From the NCBI RefSeq assembly GCF_963921235.1, contig NC_086108.1, forward strand, positions 100,938,001 to 101,002,000: DNA of 64,000 bases, in the 5' to 3' direction. Both the position numbers and the translations under genes were made by a program. The stretch is from Mobula hypostoma. Taxonomy: Eukaryota. The notes beneath the pieces were generated by a model. It saw only the letters and a list, made by a program, of their open reading frames with translations, had not been told where the DNA came from and ran no database searches. Position 1 is the stretch's first letter. Every line of letters begins with the position of its first letter. Positions 61,135 through 64,000 of this stretch are shown piece after piece.

Positions 61135-61360
61135 GGTAGCATTGTGGTTAGTGTAACACTACTGCAGTGCCAGTGACCCGGGTTTAGTTCCTGATGCTGT
61201 CTGGAAGGAGTTTGCACATTCTCCTCATGACCGTGTGGGTTTCCTGTGGGTGGTCCTACATTTTCTCCTACATTCCAAAGATGCACTGGCTATGAGGTTA
61301 ATTGGTCAGGGGTGTAATTGGGTATCACATTCTCATTGGGCTGCTGCTGTGTCTCAAAAA
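61135..61360 (+). mobile_element. V-SINE (HE1-like)
   Basis: tRNA head plus GGAGTTTGCACATTCTCCTCATGACCGTGTGGGTTTCC. Confidence 0.75.
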
Positions 61361-61499
61361 ATTATAACAATGTAAGTAGGGCATAAAAGGGAGCAAAAAT
61401 GGAGACAGTGTGCATGGTTTCATGGACTGTTCAGAAATCTGATGGCAGAGGGGAAGAGTGTGTGTCTTCAGGCTCTGCTACCTGATGCGAGATCATCCG

Positions 61500-61742
61500 C
61501 TTTGGAAGGAATAATAGAAGGGCAGATTATTATTTAAATGGTGAAAGACTGCAGCATGCTGTTGAGCAGAGGGACTTGGGAGTGCTTGTGCATGAATCAC
61601 CAAAAGTTGGCTTGCAGGTACAACAGGTTATTAAGAAGGCAAACGGAATGTTGGCCTTCATTGCTAGAGGGATTGAATTCAAGAGCAGGGAGGCCGTGCT
61701 GCAACTATACAGGGTACTGGTGAGGCCGCACCTGGAGTACTG
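61500..61742 (+). mobile_element. CR1 internal fragment
   Basis: DYYLNGERLQH...QRDLGVLV...MLAFIARGIEFKS; homologous to the 55.1-55.9 kb copy. Confidence 0.8.
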
Positions 61743-61944
61743 AAATCCCAAGAGCGGGTCCCATCCCAGTCAGCGTGTAACTCCAGGTCAGGGTCTTCAA
61801 AAGAACCCTGAAAGGGAAAAATAAAGATATTAAAGATGGAAATAGAGCTGTTTCCAACAATGCAAGCAAAGGAGTTGCTGTTTAACACCATCATCACTCT
61901 GCTCCACCTCTGCCTTCTCACTCCGCTCCGGTTCTGGAGTAGAA

Positions 61945-62220
61945 ATTACTGGAAGTTAGAGAAATATGTGTTCATGCATCAGGTTGGAGGCTACCCAGAA
62001 AGAATATGGACTGACGTATCGAATTGGAAGTAAACTTAGAATGGGTGGCCACTGGGAAATCCCACCTTTTGTTATGGGTGGAGTGACGGTGTTTGATGAA
62101 GTGGTCCCCCATTCTAAACTGGGTCTCTCTAATGTAGAGAAGGCTGCACCAGGAACACCGGATACAGTAGATAACCTTGACAGGCTTGCAGCATTCACAG
62201 GATTGCCCTGTGAGGTGGCA
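61945..62220 (-). mobile_element. Penelope GIY-YIG endonuclease remnant
   Basis: Minus strand VIYCIRCSWCSLLYIRETQFRMGDHF..H...FPVATH...FFLGSLQPD. Confidence 0.85.
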
Positions 62221-62689
62221 TGGACTCCATGTTCCAAGAAGAGCCTCCTTCTATGTCACAATGAAATTTGGTGGTATATTTTCTCTTAATGCACATTGCG
62301 TCTTGCTGAATGAGCAGTGGACTTTTAGAGCAGGAAAGGCTGTTCAAAGTGGGATGTTGAAAAGGTAGGGTGGGGCAGAAGGTGGAAGCATGGAAGTTGT
62401 GTCAAGGAATGGGTTAACATAATGTCCAAGCAAGGATAGATTGCAGATAGAGTGCAGACAGTACAGGCAAGAAAAGTTTTTGAAGAGCATAGCTTGCATT
62501 AACATAACTGATTCCCGGAGCCATTTTGTTTACTTGAGACCAGGTACGAATGTAGTGGAAGAATGCGAAACATGGACACCAACTAAGGGACAACTACTTT
62601 ACCAATGTCAAAGTATCGTCAGCTTGTAGTTTTTATTGAGTTTTAACGCCTGCATTGCGAATCGTGATTGATCTTGCAAGGAGGAATTC

Positions 62690-62945
62690 CTCAGTAGCTT
62701 GGTAGTTAGCGTAGTGCTATTACTGCTTGTGATGTTGGAGTTGGAGTTCAGAGTTCAATTCCGGCTTCGCCCGTAGGAAGTCTCTGTGGAATGAGTGAGT
62801 TTTTCCTGGGTTTCCTCCCACAGTCCAAAAACATAGCAGGTAGTTTAATTGGATGCTGTACATGGGGTTTGTTGGGGGCTGCTGAGGGCGGTGTGGCTCG
62901 AAGGGCTGGAGAGGCCTACTCCGTGCTGTATTACTAAGTAAATAC
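62690..62945 (+). mobile_element. V-SINE (HE1-like), decayed
   Basis: GTAGTTAGCGTAGTGCT head, GAGTTCAATTCC B box, TTTCCTCCCACAGTCCAAA. Confidence 0.7.
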
Positions 62946-63239
62946 ACAGTTCATTAAATTGTCAATATCCGCAACCGCTGGCCAACTCTGTATAAAAAAT
63001 GGTATTTCTCTGTTCAGAATTCAGAACAGTGCGGTGACAGGAGCCATGGCATTCTTTTTGTGCACAAGTAAATAAAGTACATTTGAGAATAAGTGAGAGT
63101 TTTTGGAGTCCAGTTAATCGGCGACGACTGAAGTCGCTCGGTAAACCTATCCACTCGTTTTTTTTTTAGGGAGCAATTGAATCCAATAAAGGAAAAGTGC
63201 ATCAGCACTTAAATATGATACAGGCAGCGGGAAGGAGGC

Positions 63240-63490
63240 AGCAGGGTAGCATGGCGGCTATCGCAGTGCTTTACTGCGCCCACGTACAAATCCCACTGCT
63301 GTCCATAATGCTTGTACGTTCTCCACCTGACTGTGCGTGTTTGCTCCGGTTTCCACCCACATTCCAAAGATTTCCTTAAGTTAGTGAATTGTGGCCATTC
63401 TATGCTAGCACCAGACACTTGCAGGCTGCCCAACACAATCCTCGCTGATTTGATTTGATGCAAATGCATATTTCTCTGTACGTGTTGATG
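63240..63490 (+). mobile_element. V-SINE-like element
   Basis: TTGTACGTTCTCC...GCTCCGGTTTCCACCCACATTCCAAAGA V-domain. Confidence 0.6.
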
Positions 63491-63492
63491 AA

Positions 63493-63706
63493 CACTCGGT
63501 GGCTTCTTTATTAAGTACACCTGCTCGTTAATGCAAATATCTAGTCAGCCTGTCATATGGCAGCAACTCAATGCGTAAATGCATGCAGACATTGTCAAGA
63601 GGCTCAGTTGTTGTTCAGACCAAATATCAGAATGGAGAGAAAATGTGGTCTAAGTGTTTTTTTTACCGTGGAATGATTGTTGGTGCTAGACAGGGTGGTT
63701 TGAGTA
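63493..63706 (+). mobile_element. Tc1-like element left end (third copy), interrupted by a LINE 3' end
   Basis: CACTCGGTGGCTTCTTTATTAAGTACACC TIR; RGMIVGARQGGLS. Confidence 0.75.
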
Positions 63707-64000
63707 CAAAGTTCAAAGTAAATTTATTATCAAAGTACATATATGTCACCATATACAACCTTGAGATCTTTTTCTTGTGGGTATACTCAGTAAATCCAAG
63801 AACCATAATTGAACCAATGAAAGACAAACGACAAATGTGCAAAAGACTACTAACTGTGCAAATACAAAAGAGTAAAAAATTATAATAATAAATAAATATG
63901 CAATAAGTATCGAGAACATGAGATGAAGAGTCCTGGAAAGTGAGTCCATAGGTTGTGGGAACAGTTCAGTGATGGGACGAGTGAAGGTGAATGAAGTTAT

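Noticed and set aside
1..64000. CRISPR array, rRNA or prokaryotic operon/defence system
   Set aside because: No regularly spaced repeat-spacer array, rRNA-like sequence or gene-dense region; the window is intron/intergenic eukaryotic DNA

Overview
Vertebrate nuclear DNA; the repeat vocabulary (HE1/V-SINEs, abundant CR1, Penelope LTR tails) suggests a cartilaginous fish, probably a ray (inference). The only host gene I can support is the first coding exon of SH3GLB1 (endophilin-B1/Bif-1) on the minus strand (13536-13598), with its CpG island and four CCAAT boxes. Bases 1-13535 are then intron 1 (exon 2 not found), and 13.9-64 kb is upstream sequence made mostly of decayed, often nested transposons: CR1, Rex1/Babar-like, RTE, Vingi-like, HERO/NeSL-like, Penelope, Tc1, hAT, two solo LTRs and several SINEs. 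The most interesting signal is RNA-structural. Two copies of a short non-autonomous RTE derivative start exactly at the cleavage site of a twister-ribozyme motif. About a dozen minimal hammerhead motifs sit in Penelope LTRs of two families. A tRNA-headed SINE carries the RTE segment that follows the twister, and another short element may have an HDV-like head. Also noted: a candidate in-frame 54-nt cassette exon behind a ~300-nt pyrimidine tract in SH3GLB1 intron 1, and several fold-back or inversion scars. All family assignments come from motif recognition by eye, not database searches; repeat boundaries are approximate unless a TSD is quoted.
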